This document shows, one piece after another, positions 40,432 through 49,736 of a stretch of 64,000 bases of DNA (position 1 is the stretch's first letter; the number at the start of each line of letters is the position of its first letter). Made by a program: the position numbers and the translations under genes. A model generated the notes under the pieces. The model worked only from the letters and a program-made list of their open reading frames with translations. It searched no databases and was not told the origin of the DNA. The DNA is from a virus: positions 1 to 64,000 of IMG/VR virus record IMGVR_UViG_3300001390_000008; one strand, given 5' to 3'.

Positions 40432-40691
40432 ATTATTAGACCATAATTTGTAATTAATTACAAGAAAACATTTTTATACGAACATAAATTTAATCTATAT
40501 TAGAATTTAATTACATTATTATATTAGAATTTAATTACATTTTGCAAGCGATTTCAAAATATTATTATATTATAATATTACTATATTATTAACAGTGAGG
40601 CGGGATTCTGCGAATGGTATTAGGTATGCCCTGCGGGGGCGAGTAGGTATAGTAAGGTATGAGGCCCGGCCCCGCGAATACTTGAGGGGGG
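40432..40691. repeat. modular AT-rich repeat locus 2
   Basis: About 130 bp near-identical to locus 3; CTGCG-N9-AGGTAT boxes at 40606 and 40629. Confidence 0.8.
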
Positions 40692-41005
40692 GGGTATATA
40701 ACTACTTACCCCTTCCCTCTATTCTCCACACTGCTATAGATATGTAGGCGGCGTATAGCATACACAACTCAACTCTAAGAAGAGTCAATCTACTATAGAG
40801 AATTACTACTTTAAATATATTTTTTATACTAACCACCATGACTCCTTTTTTTTGGGGCGCATATATCCTTATGTATATTATACTACTATAGCAAGTCAAG
40901 TTTAAGTTAAATAAATATTATTTTATGTAATCAATGTCAAATAAAATTTACTATTAAATTATTATAGATAAATTCAATTTTGGTTGTCGACGGAAAATTT
41001 GCTAC

Positions 41006-41131
41006 AAATAAGTAAATAAGTAAATAAGTAAATAGACAAAACAGGGTATATACTGCCACACGTAATTAATTACAAATAAGTAAATAGGTAAATACAAAAA
41101 GGGATATACTGTCACAGGTAGACAATTACAA
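41006..41131. repeat. AAATAAGT tandem repeats and a duplicated ~50 bp unit
   Basis: (AAATAAGT)x3, then GGG(T)ATATACTG(C/T)CACA...AATTACAA twice. Confidence 0.65.
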
Positions 41132-41788
41132 CTAATATAAAAGACTAGCTGTTTATATCTATCTCTCTATTACTCTCTATCTATATATTATGTTATGTGG
41201 CCCCCCAAACTTTAAACATACATTCTCTGTAGGAGAAGAACTAATATAGCGATGCAAGTAGACGCCCACCCAAAAGTTGCAGTAATGTTTTTATCCCTTA
41301 TCCCTAGATATACGTTGATTATAGATACAGCAAACCACACATAAAGAACAATATTCGCTATTACTTTAGTGTCATAATAAGTCATTTCATTTTCCCCTGT
41401 TTAGATATAGCAAAATAGTGAGTAGTTTTCCATCATGCTCAGGATGTCGAATGCTTGTTTCATGTACGCTCCTAAGGGAGAGAATCCGATAGTACTGGTC
41501 GGCTGCCATCCTTTTTATCACATAGCCTGATCCCGTGATCCGTTTGTTATCCTACGCTATAATAAGCAAGGGACTAAAATACCCGTGAGGGCTATAGCTG
41601 CATTTCACTAATAAGATTCACCGCCAGGGTGCGCGTCATGTTTTCCCGCACTCTATTTAATGTTTACTCCTATTTAATACCAAATAACCAGACTCAAGTA
41701 TAACCCTGTCTATATTAGTAGCCATAATTGCCGCAAGCTCTAAAAAGTCATAAGTAGGATAATCCATGTAATGCCCCCTATAGTTTAA

Positions 41789-42052
41789 TTATACACAGTA
41801 TATATTTATATGTTTACTTTCCATTGAATACCCGTGCCCGATTGACCCGCCGCCTTTAGATAATCTATGCCCTGTTTTGTCTGATATGATTTTACAGGCC
41901 TCGGCATAGTTCCCCTTAGTTGATGCTGCGTTTATTTTATCGTTATGCCCTATATATAAGGGTTTATTATGACCTAGTAACTGGTATACCATCACTGTTC
42001 GATTAAACCCTCTAGCACCCCTCTCTGATCCCATATAGATAAATGTTTTCAT
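41789..42052 (-). CDS. hypothetical protein
   Basis: 87 aa, AGGGG RBS. Confidence 0.6.
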   Translation of the reverse strand: MKTFIYMGSERGARGFNRTVMVYQLLGHNKPLYIGHNDKINAASTKGNYAEACKIISDKTGHRLSKGGGSIGHGYSMESKHINIYCV

Positions 42053-42101
42053 GATATGCCCCTATCAGTATTTGCGCCTAGATAACTGCACTATCTAGTT
42101 G

Positions 42102-42383
42102 TTAATAACTCAATCCTAGGTTATCAAGGCGCGATTCATATCTGTGTAAGATTAAACCAGCCTCTATTAATACGCTGGTATCATAATCAATCAATACTTG
42201 ATGCCAGTAGTCACCTGTACCAATACTGGCGCTCGGTTTATAGCCCCATGATGCAGGGGTATATTCACCGCGATCATTTAATTGATCGCAGATTGAAAAA
42301 TGCAGGTTCATACTTGATCCCCATGGATCTGCAATATCCCGCACAAGCTTATATTCTGCCAGCAGTTCTTTATAGGTATACAT
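42102..42383 (-). CDS. hypothetical phage protein
   Basis: DPWGSSM..F.IC..L motif; GAGG RBS. Confidence 0.6.
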   Translation of the reverse strand: MYTYKELLAEYKLVRDIADPWGSSMNLHFSICDQLNDRGEYTPASWGYKPSASIGTGDYWHQVLIDYDTSVLIEAGLILHRYESRLDNLGLSY

Positions 42384-42423
42384 AATAATTACCTCAGTTT
42401 GGGGGTATCAGGCCGCTGGTGTA

Positions 42424-42639
42424 TCATCTTTGTTTCCCTTTATTTAAATCGTAGTGCTTAGCGTTTCTTTGTATATCCGACCAGCCGTCGAGCATGTTCA
42501 GAAGACCGTGTAGAGCATCAAAGTTAGATTTTCCAACGCGCAATATATCAAGCCCATGAACATGCCTGGCTAGAATTAAGCGTTGTTTTTCTAACAGTTC
42601 AAAGTCTACACCTTGAATTACTAAAGTCTTTTTAGTCAT
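42424..42639 (-). CDS. hypothetical protein
   Basis: VDFELLEKQR..LHGLLNMLD. Confidence 0.6.
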   Translation of the reverse strand: MTKKTLVIQGVDFELLEKQRLILARHVHGLDILRVGKSNFDALHGLLNMLDGWSDIQRNAKHYDLNKGKQR

Positions 42640-42890
42640 ATTACCTTCCCCATATTAATAGCTTCTTGCAGTGCCTTCGCTATAGTTATTTCCAGAACAT
42701 CTCTATCTAAAACTATTTGCCCCATGAACTCATGAGACGTAACATAGCGTATACTGGTTATTTCACCACTATAGTTAGTTGTGGTTAAAATGTCGGTTAT
42801 CTGTTAGACATAACGGAGGTCTTTGATCTGCCTATTGCGATTAGTTAATCGTTGAAACTTTTGCCCTATTTTATATTTTGGTGTTTTCAT
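42636..42890 (-). pseudogene. small phage gene interrupted by in-frame TAA
   Basis: MKTPKYKIGQKF...RYV*QITDILTTTN...RYVTSHEFMGQ; TAA at 42806-42804; the frame ends in an ATGA overlap with the next gene. Confidence 0.65.
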
Positions 42891-42902
42891 GATATGCCCC
42901 TA

Positions 42903-43118
42903 TCAGTTATGCCCCTGCTTATACCATGACGTTTCAGCCATCCGCATACGGTACTTTTTATACCTATTACAAATTCTCCTCCGATCTTTTTTAACTGGTT
43001 TTAAGCCGTACAAATTAACTCCCTCATATTTTAGTTGCCCGTATAACTCACGTATTGGCCACAATTTTTCATCGTGTAACATACAGACATGTCCGGCAGC
43101 ATCGCGGCGCGGATTCAT
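42903..43118 (-). CDS. hypothetical protein
   Basis: 71 aa ORF. Confidence 0.45.
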   Translation of the reverse strand: MNPRRDAAGHVCMLHDEKLWPIRELYGQLKYEGVNLYGLKPVKKDRRRICNRYKKYRMRMAETSWYKQGHN

Positions 43119-43198
43119 CTATCTGGTTTAGTAGCCAGTGTATATTTGTTTCCGGTAAAGTTTTCATTTTAATCAACTGCCTCCCATTCTATATTTTA

Positions 43199-43645
43199 TT
43201 ACTTAGGTGTCACTTTTAACTGATCTGGTTTTTGCGTGGTGTGCCCAGTAATAGTAATCTTATCAACCTCTTTTTCTGATAACACCTGCTTAACTTTACC
43301 CATAGGCACAGTAGCCGTATTAAAAAAATCCTTCTTCGATACCTTGCTAAAGAATTTTTTTATATCAACACTATTAGAGGCCCGTATTGGCGGCGTATAT
43401 ATTTCACCCACCCCCTTACTAGTCTCTACTAAACGTGCCCCGGCCTCTACCATTCTGGTTTCCAGCTTTTCCTCATTCTCTTTAATACGGGCCGCCAGCA
43501 TTTTCTGGAGTTTCATATCTTCAGATATTTTATTGACTAACACCTTAAGGTCTTTCGTATCTGTGCTTGTCTGTTTACGTGCCCTGTTATTACTAGTTGT
43601 CTTTGCTACTGTACTTTTACGTGTACGTGTTCTTACTTGTGCCAT
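43199..43645 (-). CDS. hypothetical basic protein
   Basis: 148 aa, GAGGA RBS, basic N-terminus plus coiled coil. Confidence 0.65.
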   Translation of the reverse strand: MAQVRTRTRKSTVAKTTSNNRARKQTSTDTKDLKVLVNKISEDMKLQKMLAARIKENEEKLETRMVEAGARLVETSKGVGEIYTPPIRASNSVDIKKFFSKVSKKDFFNTATVPMGKVKQVLSEKEVDKITITGHTTQKPDQLKVTPK

Positions 43646-43814
43646 GTTTCTGTCCTCTTTGTTTATGTATCTATTATATGAAATTAATTACAAAATATAT
43701 AATTAAAATTATCTATAACCCTATTAATAAATACCTATCTAATTGAGCAAAAAGGGTACGATGTTGCACATTTTGCCCAGTTTCACAGTTTAATAGCATT
43801 ATTGCTATTTTTAC

Positions 43815-43997
43815 TTACCCCTCCTCATATGAGTCAAAAGGCATTCCTATGGCCTCAACTAATTCATCATCATCCAGATCTTTTAGCCTTTTTATGATAG
43901 CTTCTCTAAACATAATTGGTGTAATATCTTCGCCGCCTTTACTAATTGAGTGTGGTATGGCGAAGGCAATGTCATAAGCGTGGTTATATGTAATCAT
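43815..43997 (-). CDS. hypothetical protein
   Basis: YNHAYDIAF...PFDSYEE. Confidence 0.55.
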   Translation of the reverse strand: MITYNHAYDIAFAIPHSISKGGEDITPIMFREAIIKRLKDLDDDELVEAIGMPFDSYEEG

Positions 43998-44299
43998 AAT
44001 ATTTTCCTAGCCCATCGAGGCAAATTTGAGTTTGTGTAATACCATAAATCGTATAGGCCGTTATGCGTTTCAATTCCAAAAACCCACCGATTATTTAATT
44101 TTTCTAAGTACAGCCGGGTATCCCTAGGCTCAACCTTACACACCTGATAAATCATGAGATAAAGTGCGGATGGCATGTAGATAGATATTTTACCTACATA
44201 TTCAGTTGCATTATCTTTATACAAATACAGTTGCCTGCCTTTTTTTTCTTTGCCCTTTCCTCTAATAATTATTGGCCACTTTGGCGTATCGAAAATCAT
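43994..44299 (-). CDS. hypothetical protein
   Basis: 101 aa, ATGA overlaps. Confidence 0.5.
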   Translation of the reverse strand: MIFDTPKWPIIIRGKGKEKKGRQLYLYKDNATEYVGKISIYMPSALYLMIYQVCKVEPRDTRLYLEKLNNRWVFGIETHNGLYDLWYYTNSNLPRWARKIL

Positions 44300-44641
44300 G
44301 CAATAAATATTACTGCGAAAGAAAACCCCACCTTAAGGATATAGTAGAGTATAGTTAACACTAATGATATAAACGGCGAGGCTATTATTACCACTGCTAT
44401 AATAACAAACACCACCGCCATGCTTTCAGATTCATCATAGTTCATCAGTGCTTGCCCCATCTTTCATTTCGTCTACAGACATCACCCAGTCCCCGCCAAA
44501 ATACTCCTGATATTCCGTAGCTAGATAGTCGGCATCTTCCTTACATGGCAGCCCCCAATCTATTACATGCACTTCATCCAGTCCAAGTTCCCTACCTATT
44601 ACCCTCCAATACATAATTTTACCCCTATTTATAAAACAGTT

Positions 44642-45244
44642 TTAATGCGGTCTACCGTCTATATCAAATTCATACTCATTATTTTCTATAGTTTCTTCTA
44701 CAGATTCGTTTGATGTGAGGTATTCATAATCGTTTTGCAGTCGTGTATAGATCCATCTCATTAATTTCCTTAGCTCTTCTGCAATACTCTTTTCAGTATC
44801 AGCAAAAGTATCGGAGTATCTAGTACACCCCAGATCAACATCAATATCTGTACAATATTCATGGTAATAGTATCCCCTGTGTTTAATGTTAGCGGTTAAT
44901 CTATAAAAATAAGGCAGCTGTACTTCCCTCAATTTTTTTGCAATCGCCTGCAATATTTCATCTTTAGGGGCATATTCTTCTATGGCCTTAACTGATCCCT
45001 TCTTATACTGATAGCTACCCTCAAAGCAAGCACCATCCCCTTGATTCCAGAAACCAGTAAAGAGGATTTTATCTATCTCTATTCCCATCAGTGCGGCGGC
45101 TGTAGTAACGTCTTCATCTATGCCTTCGTGCCAAAGCTCATACCCTGTATTGATGTCTCGTAAATTATCTAATACAGTGGCCTTTACTTCGCCGGGCAAT
45201 TCAGCATATTTATATAAATTAGTATGTGTTGTTTGTACTCTCAT
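44642..45244 (-). CDS. conserved acidic early phage protein
   Basis: YKYAELP..K; GFWNQGDGACFEG; WIY..L..DYEYLTS..NEYEF. Confidence 0.7.
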   Translation of the reverse strand: MRVQTTHTNLYKYAELPGEVKATVLDNLRDINTGYELWHEGIDEDVTTAAALMGIEIDKILFTGFWNQGDGACFEGSYQYKKGSVKAIEEYAPKDEILQAIAKKLREVQLPYFYRLTANIKHRGYYYHEYCTDIDVDLGCTRYSDTFADTEKSIAEELRKLMRWIYTRLQNDYEYLTSNESVEETIENNEYEFDIDGRPH

Positions 45245-45422
45245 TTTGACATTTCCTCTATCTTGCTGCTGACTTTACTACTATGGGTTCACGGCTACTC
45301 TCTATTGTATCCGCATAATACCGGGCCTGTTCATAGGTGTGGAAAGTGCGGCCAACTATGCGCATCTTCCCGCCTTCGCTAAAATAAATAACATAATAAC
45401 TATGAGGAAGTTTAGCCATAAT

Positions 45423-45617
45423 CTACCCTCTTTCAGTCGCTTTTTCCCAAATAGTATTCAATATATCGCTTTGCTTCCTAGACAAACCGATACTTTTAAA
45501 TAATTGATCATTAATTGAGTCTATAAAATTAGTCTCCCAATCAGATAACCTTGATTCCCTAGCCTCACAATCTTCTACCATTTGTTGCCATTCTTCTTGG
45601 TCTTTAAAATTAGGCAT
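45423..45617 (-). CDS. hypothetical protein
   Basis: LSDWETNFIDSI..LSRKQ..L..IWEK. Confidence 0.6.
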   Translation of the reverse strand: MPNFKDQEEWQQMVEDCEARESRLSDWETNFIDSINDQLFKSIGLSRKQSDILNTIWEKATERG

Positions 45618-45846
45618 TAGTTTCTTCCGCGCTTACTATAAAACTACGATGGATAATAATTTCATCCCCCGGCCTTTTTGTAATATACCCACATAATGTT
45701 TTTGTCTTACCTTTTATAATTACACAGTAAACCGCCTCATCTTTCTGCGATTTTACCTCTACCGTGAAAGTGCCTTTACGTGAGTGTGTTATTAAATACC
45801 TTTTACCATTTTCTAACTGTATATCTGATTTGTTGCTTTTATTCAT
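45610..45846 (-). CDS. hypothetical protein (paralog of 34500..34709)
   Basis: LENGKRYLITHSRKG. Confidence 0.6.
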   Translation of the reverse strand: MNKSNKSDIQLENGKRYLITHSRKGTFTVEVKSQKDEAVYCVIIKGKTKTLCGYITKRPGDEIIIHRSFIVSAEETNA

Positions 45847-46100
45847 TCACCCTTCCCCCACCCATCAGATATATCGATCTCAGTAACCTCAACCCCTAAA
45901 AGACTAGCCCAATCGTCTGCGGTACGTTTAGGACACCTATATATCTCATTCGTATAATCTAGCCATTTTGTTTCCCCATTACAGCCTATTATCTTAGCCT
46001 GATAACTTATTTTAGGGGCAGTTCCGTGCCTTGGTATTCTAGAGTCTGGCCTGTACTTAACCAACACTACTTTTAATTTATTACTCGTTGTCATAATCAA
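45843..46100 (-). CDS. hypothetical protein
   Basis: 85 aa ORF. Confidence 0.5.
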   Translation of the reverse strand: MIMTTSNKLKVVLVKYRPDSRIPRHGTAPKISYQAKIIGCNGETKWLDYTNEIYRCPKRTADDWASLLGVEVTEIDISDGWGKGE

Positions 46101-46240
46101 CCTCTAATGATTCATAAGGGTATCTATTATCGTCTATCCCACAATTGGGGCAAAATCCAACCTCGTCATGTTTCCCCTTAGACGCCCATTCATGCCCACA
46201 TTCCGGGCATCTATAGTGATTAGCATACATAAAGTAAGGC

Positions 46241-46465
46241 TTAGGCATTATCATCTAACTCCCTTAGTACCATGTCTGCGTAAAGGTCTGTATCATCTAC
46301 TGATACCGCCCAGCCACTTAACAAATTAAGCCCAAAGTACCTATGTATACGATAACTGTCTTCCTCTTCGTGCTTTAATACTACACGAACACAACTCTCT
46401 GTAGTTATCTTACATATTACTGTAAGCCCCTCCTCCCATTCTTTCCTAAGTTCTTCTAGTGTCAT
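46241..46465 (-). CDS. hypothetical protein
   Basis: 74 aa ORF with RBS. Confidence 0.5.
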   Translation of the reverse strand: MTLEELRKEWEEGLTVICKITTESCVRVVLKHEEEDSYRIHRYFGLNLLSGWAVSVDDTDLYADMVLRELDDNA

Positions 46466-46682
46466 TTATCCACACCTCTTTATTAATTATGAAATACGCC
46501 CCTTCTAACCACAAAGCTACTTCAAAGAGGTTATCAAAATAAATTATAGGCTGGTGCTTGTCGCGTATTACAAAATTATCATTTACTACAGATCGACTAA
46601 CTACCTCTACCTCCAAATTTAAAGCCTCCGCTAACTGCTCAATTCGTATCCATGTCTTTACTGTTTTTGCTGCACACGCCAT
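46446..46682 (-). CDS. hypothetical protein
   Basis: 78 aa ORF. Confidence 0.5.
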   Translation of the reverse strand: MACAAKTVKTWIRIEQLAEALNLEVEVVSRSVVNDNFVIRDKHQPIIYFDNLFEVALWLEGAYFIINKEVWINDTRRT

Positions 46683-46767
46683 TTATCTACTCTCTTTTAT
46701 TAACTGTTATGTATATTATATTGTAATTAATTTCAATTTACCAATAGAAACTTTTTATGGGGCCATT

Positions 46768-47013
46768 TTATTTTCCTTTTAATAGCGCATTTAACTTAAC
46801 TACACAAGCGGGTATATTACAACGAAAAACATAGTCATACGAATAGCGCCCTATGGGCGGCTGTAGCTTCAAACTGTCCCCGGTTCTTGACCGTATTTTA
46901 CACCAGTAGTCAAAATCCCCATCTGATGATAAATAATATTTTTCATCAGATGTCATTATGTGTCCTTTTTTAGAAATAATGTCCTTTGTTGTATATTCCA
47001 TTTTTACCCCCAA
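46768..47013 (-). CDS. hypothetical protein
   Basis: 81 aa ORF. Confidence 0.5.
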   Translation of the reverse strand: MGVKMEYTTKDIISKKGHIMTSDEKYYLSSDGDFDYWCKIRSRTGDSLKLQPPIGRYSYDYVFRCNIPACVVKLNALLKGK

Positions 47014-47402
47014 TTTGCGGCTTTGTACCCTGGAGCTTCATCTAACAAATCTTCCATGATGGTTACCAGGATCTTATAAGCGTCGGTTTGGTAGTAGTCG
47101 TCAGTTTCGCAAGACTGATACTCTAAACAGCTAAGGTGCTTAGCTATCTGCCCCGTAGACACCGAGACACTACGCTTTACAAGTTCCTTGCACTGGTTAA
47201 TATACATAAAATCCGCTTCGTCGGGCTCCCTCTCGTAACGTGCGCTAACTGACCTAATGTTTTCCTCGGCTAAAATTTCAGCTATTTTTTCAGGCTCAAA
47301 TATGCCCCGCCCCGCTAAAATTCCATAGTTACAGCATTTGTGGGCCGCTGCATAACTTGCCAGTGCTGCGATAGTTTCGGCTTGTACTAAAAATGCACTC
47401 AT
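47004..47402 (-). CDS. conserved early phage protein
   Basis: MSAF..; ENIRSV..RY; CLEYQSCE; GAGG RBS. Confidence 0.7.
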   Translation of the reverse strand: MSAFLVQAETIAALASYAAAHKCCNYGILAGRGIFEPEKIAEILAEENIRSVSARYEREPDEADFMYINQCKELVKRSVSVSTGQIAKHLSCLEYQSCETDDYYQTDAYKILVTIMEDLLDEAPGYKAANWG

Positions 47403-47491
47403 AATTTTTACCTCACCTTAATAGTATTAATCTTTATACCAATAGCCATAAATACAACGCCAGGTTTAGATGTAAATCCGTCATTATATGC

Positions 47492-47831
47492 TTATTATTA
47501 AACCATAATTTGTAATTAATTACAAGAAAACATTTTTATACGAACATAAATTTAATTTATATTAGAATTTAATTACATTAGAATATTAGAATTTAATTAT
47601 ATTATTATATTTTGCAAGCGATTTCAAAATATTATTGTATTAGAATATTATGATATTAGAATACTCTAATATTACTAGTGATACGAAATCTCTGCGATGG
47701 CAAGTGGGTGTCGTAAATATGACTAGTGGTGAGAAATCTCTGCGACCAGAGATGGGTGTGAGGTACAGCTCTGCGACCAGAATCGGGTGTCGTACTAGTG
47801 GTGGAAAATCTCTGCGGTGGTGAATGGGTGT
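47492..47831. repeat. modular AT-rich repeat locus 3
   Basis: Copy of the locus 2 core plus four CTCTGCG-N9-GGGTGT boxes (47690, 47738, 47769, 47810). Confidence 0.85.
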
Positions 47832-48112
47832 TTATTTTACTAACCTAATAGCAGATCTTAATATTATATTCTCTTTTTGTATTCTTTCAATATCTACTTC
47901 CATCCCAGCAGCCCACGACATTAAAAGATTAAAAGAATCTTCTACATCGGTGCCTTTTACTGCTTCCTGTACATCAAAAATATGGTCTTGTATACTCATG
48001 TTTGCCACTCCTTGCTAATGTATTAAAAACTGTGTGTGCAGTAATCGGTATCCCAATATACGGAGGCCCACGTATTTATGTCTAAATGCCCCATATAATT
48101 ACCTCACCTTTG

Positions 48113-48310
48113 CTAGCCATATTCAGATATTATTTCTATTGCCCTTTTTCTTAGTAGCTTAAGACTGCTACAGATTATTTCCTCCTCAATATTTCCATTA
48201 GCCTCATACTGCAATTTGTATAGATTTACATCTATTTTAGAAATATCCACTGAATAATAAGAGAAGCCCTCTATATCTAATGTAGCTTTAAATATCGTTA
48301 TTAATGCCAT
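48113..48310 (-). CDS. hypothetical protein
   Basis: 65 aa ORF. Confidence 0.45.
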   Translation of the reverse strand: MALITIFKATLDIEGFSYYSVDISKIDVNLYKLQYEANGNIEEEIICSSLKLLRKRAIEIISEYG

Positions 48311-48513
48311 TTGTTTTACTGCCCCGCCTTCTGCATATCTAGATATATTTAGTCAATGTGGTGGATTACTTTATCTGCTATCTCACTGGCAATTTCAGAT
48401 ATATATTCTTTTTCTTCACAGTCGCTTCTCTCAATTGCCTTCATCTTCACTTCCTCGTGTAGTTTTAGCGAACATGTTGCATTACAGTAATGCTCGGTAT
48501 GTATGCGTGGCTG

Positions 48514-49230
48514 TTAGGCATCAGAAATTCTGTCCTTTGCCGTATTAAAATAATCATCATCCAATTCAATACCAATAAAATCTCTACCTGTTTTTTTGCA
48601 GGCCGCGCCAGTTGTCCCAGTCCCCATAAATGGGTCTAAAACAACTGAATCAACTTTGCTAAATAATCTAATTACTTTTTCTGCTAATTCCTGCGGAAAT
48701 ACCGCGCCATGGTCTTTGCTTACTTTCTTTCCGCGCTTTATACTCCAAACATTTGAAAGCACCCCTCTATCAAACTGTGCAGTTTTAAATGACCTGCTTT
48801 CAGGCGCACTGTTTTGAAGCACAATCAAAACCTCAAATTGGCTATTCATTACGCCTTTCCCTATTGCAGGCTGCGCGTTTAACTTATCCCATATAATAAA
48901 TTCTTTTACTTTGCCGCTAAATTCACCAAGCAGTTTAAAAAGAGCAGGTTTGTTACCTGTGAGGAATTGCACATTGTAAAAAACCAAATCAGAAACCCTT
49001 AAACACTCATTTAAAACTTTCTTGTTAAACTCAAAATAATCGTCAATAGGCAAATTATCGTCAAAGCTTTTATATTTTGTACTTATCTCTTTAACTATCT
49101 GCCTAGAGCAATATTTACCATTTCTAATCCTGAGATTCATATTGTACGGCGGGCTGGTTAATACAATATCAACACTTCCGCTTGGTATTTCTTTCATTTT
49201 TTCTAAACAATTACCTCTTAATAATTTCAT
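48514..49230 (-). CDS. site-specific DNA methyltransferase (N4-C/N6-A, beta class)
   Basis: TSPPY catalytic motif; HGAVFP; VLDPFMGTGTT SAM-binding motif; FIGIEL. Confidence 0.92.
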   Translation of the reverse strand: MKLLRGNCLEKMKEIPSGSVDIVLTSPPYNMNLRIRNGKYCSRQIVKEISTKYKSFDDNLPIDDYFEFNKKVLNECLRVSDLVFYNVQFLTGNKPALFKLLGEFSGKVKEFIIWDKLNAQPAIGKGVMNSQFEVLIVLQNSAPESRSFKTAQFDRGVLSNVWSIKRGKKVSKDHGAVFPQELAEKVIRLFSKVDSVVLDPFMGTGTTGAACKKTGRDFIGIELDDDYFNTAKDRISDA

Positions 49231-49235
49231 TTGTT

Positions 49236-49586
49236 TTACTGCCTCGCCTTTTTTGCTATTTCTACTAGCTCATTCCAGTCACGATGGCCTGTGTTACAAT
49301 GCTTTATAGCTAAAACTAATAGTCTACCCCGCTCAGGTTCAAGAGAGAATATGTAATTTCTAAGCCCCTGCATTTCTGCGGTCTGTGTTCCGGCCCCGCC
49401 GCAGATACACTTCTTTCCGCTTACTGGCTTTCCCTGCCCGGCACAAACACTACACATAGCCGACTCTTTAGTACACTCTATGTGTCTCAATGTAAATTCA
49501 ACCATTTCATCCGCACCTAGATTATCCCATCTATTTAACTCATCTGCCTGCTTATTCCAGGCTTCTATAATATCGTTAATTTGCAT
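49236..49586 (-). CDS. hypothetical protein with Cys motif
   Basis: WNKQADELNRWDNL; CSVC..CICG. Confidence 0.6.
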   Translation of the reverse strand: MQINDIIEAWNKQADELNRWDNLGADEMVEFTLRHIECTKESAMCSVCAGQGKPVSGKKCICGGAGTQTAEMQGLRNYIFSLEPERGRLLVLAIKHCNTGHRDWNELVEIAKKARQ

Positions 49587-49682
49587 AGTAATTAGCTCCA
49601 GCCGACGTAGTGTGCGTCAGTATTTTCGTTAAATTTAAGCTCATGTGCCCCGCCCATTACGCGGCTGAGCATGGCGTTATAT
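49583..49682 (+). mobile_element. integron attC-like recombination site
   Basis: GCATAGT-N5-GCTCCAGCCGACGTA ... TACGCGGCTGAGC-N5-GTTATAT; the arms pair with two extrahelical bases. Confidence 0.75.
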
Positions 49683-49694
49683 TGCTCGTTCCCC

Positions 49695-49736
49695 GCTTGG
49701 ACTGCTTCGCCGCCAGTTAATTCAGTCGTTATAAAC
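49695..49736 (+). mobile_element. truncated attC (right part)
   Basis: GGACTGC-TTCG-CCGCCAGTTAATTCAGTC-GTTATAA. Confidence 0.55.

Noticed and set aside
40702-40899. 65 aa ORF in the central non-coding region
   Set aside because: TTG start, no RBS, low-complexity AT-rich DNA
42804-42806. Genome-wide stop-codon reassignment
   Set aside because: All long genes read through under the standard code and TAA, TAG and TGA all serve as real stops; this is an isolated case
47674-47831. CRISPR or TIGR array
   Set aside because: Conserved parts are only 6-7 bp, periodicity is irregular, and no cas or Nop-domain (Tas) gene is visible; kept as a binding-site repeat
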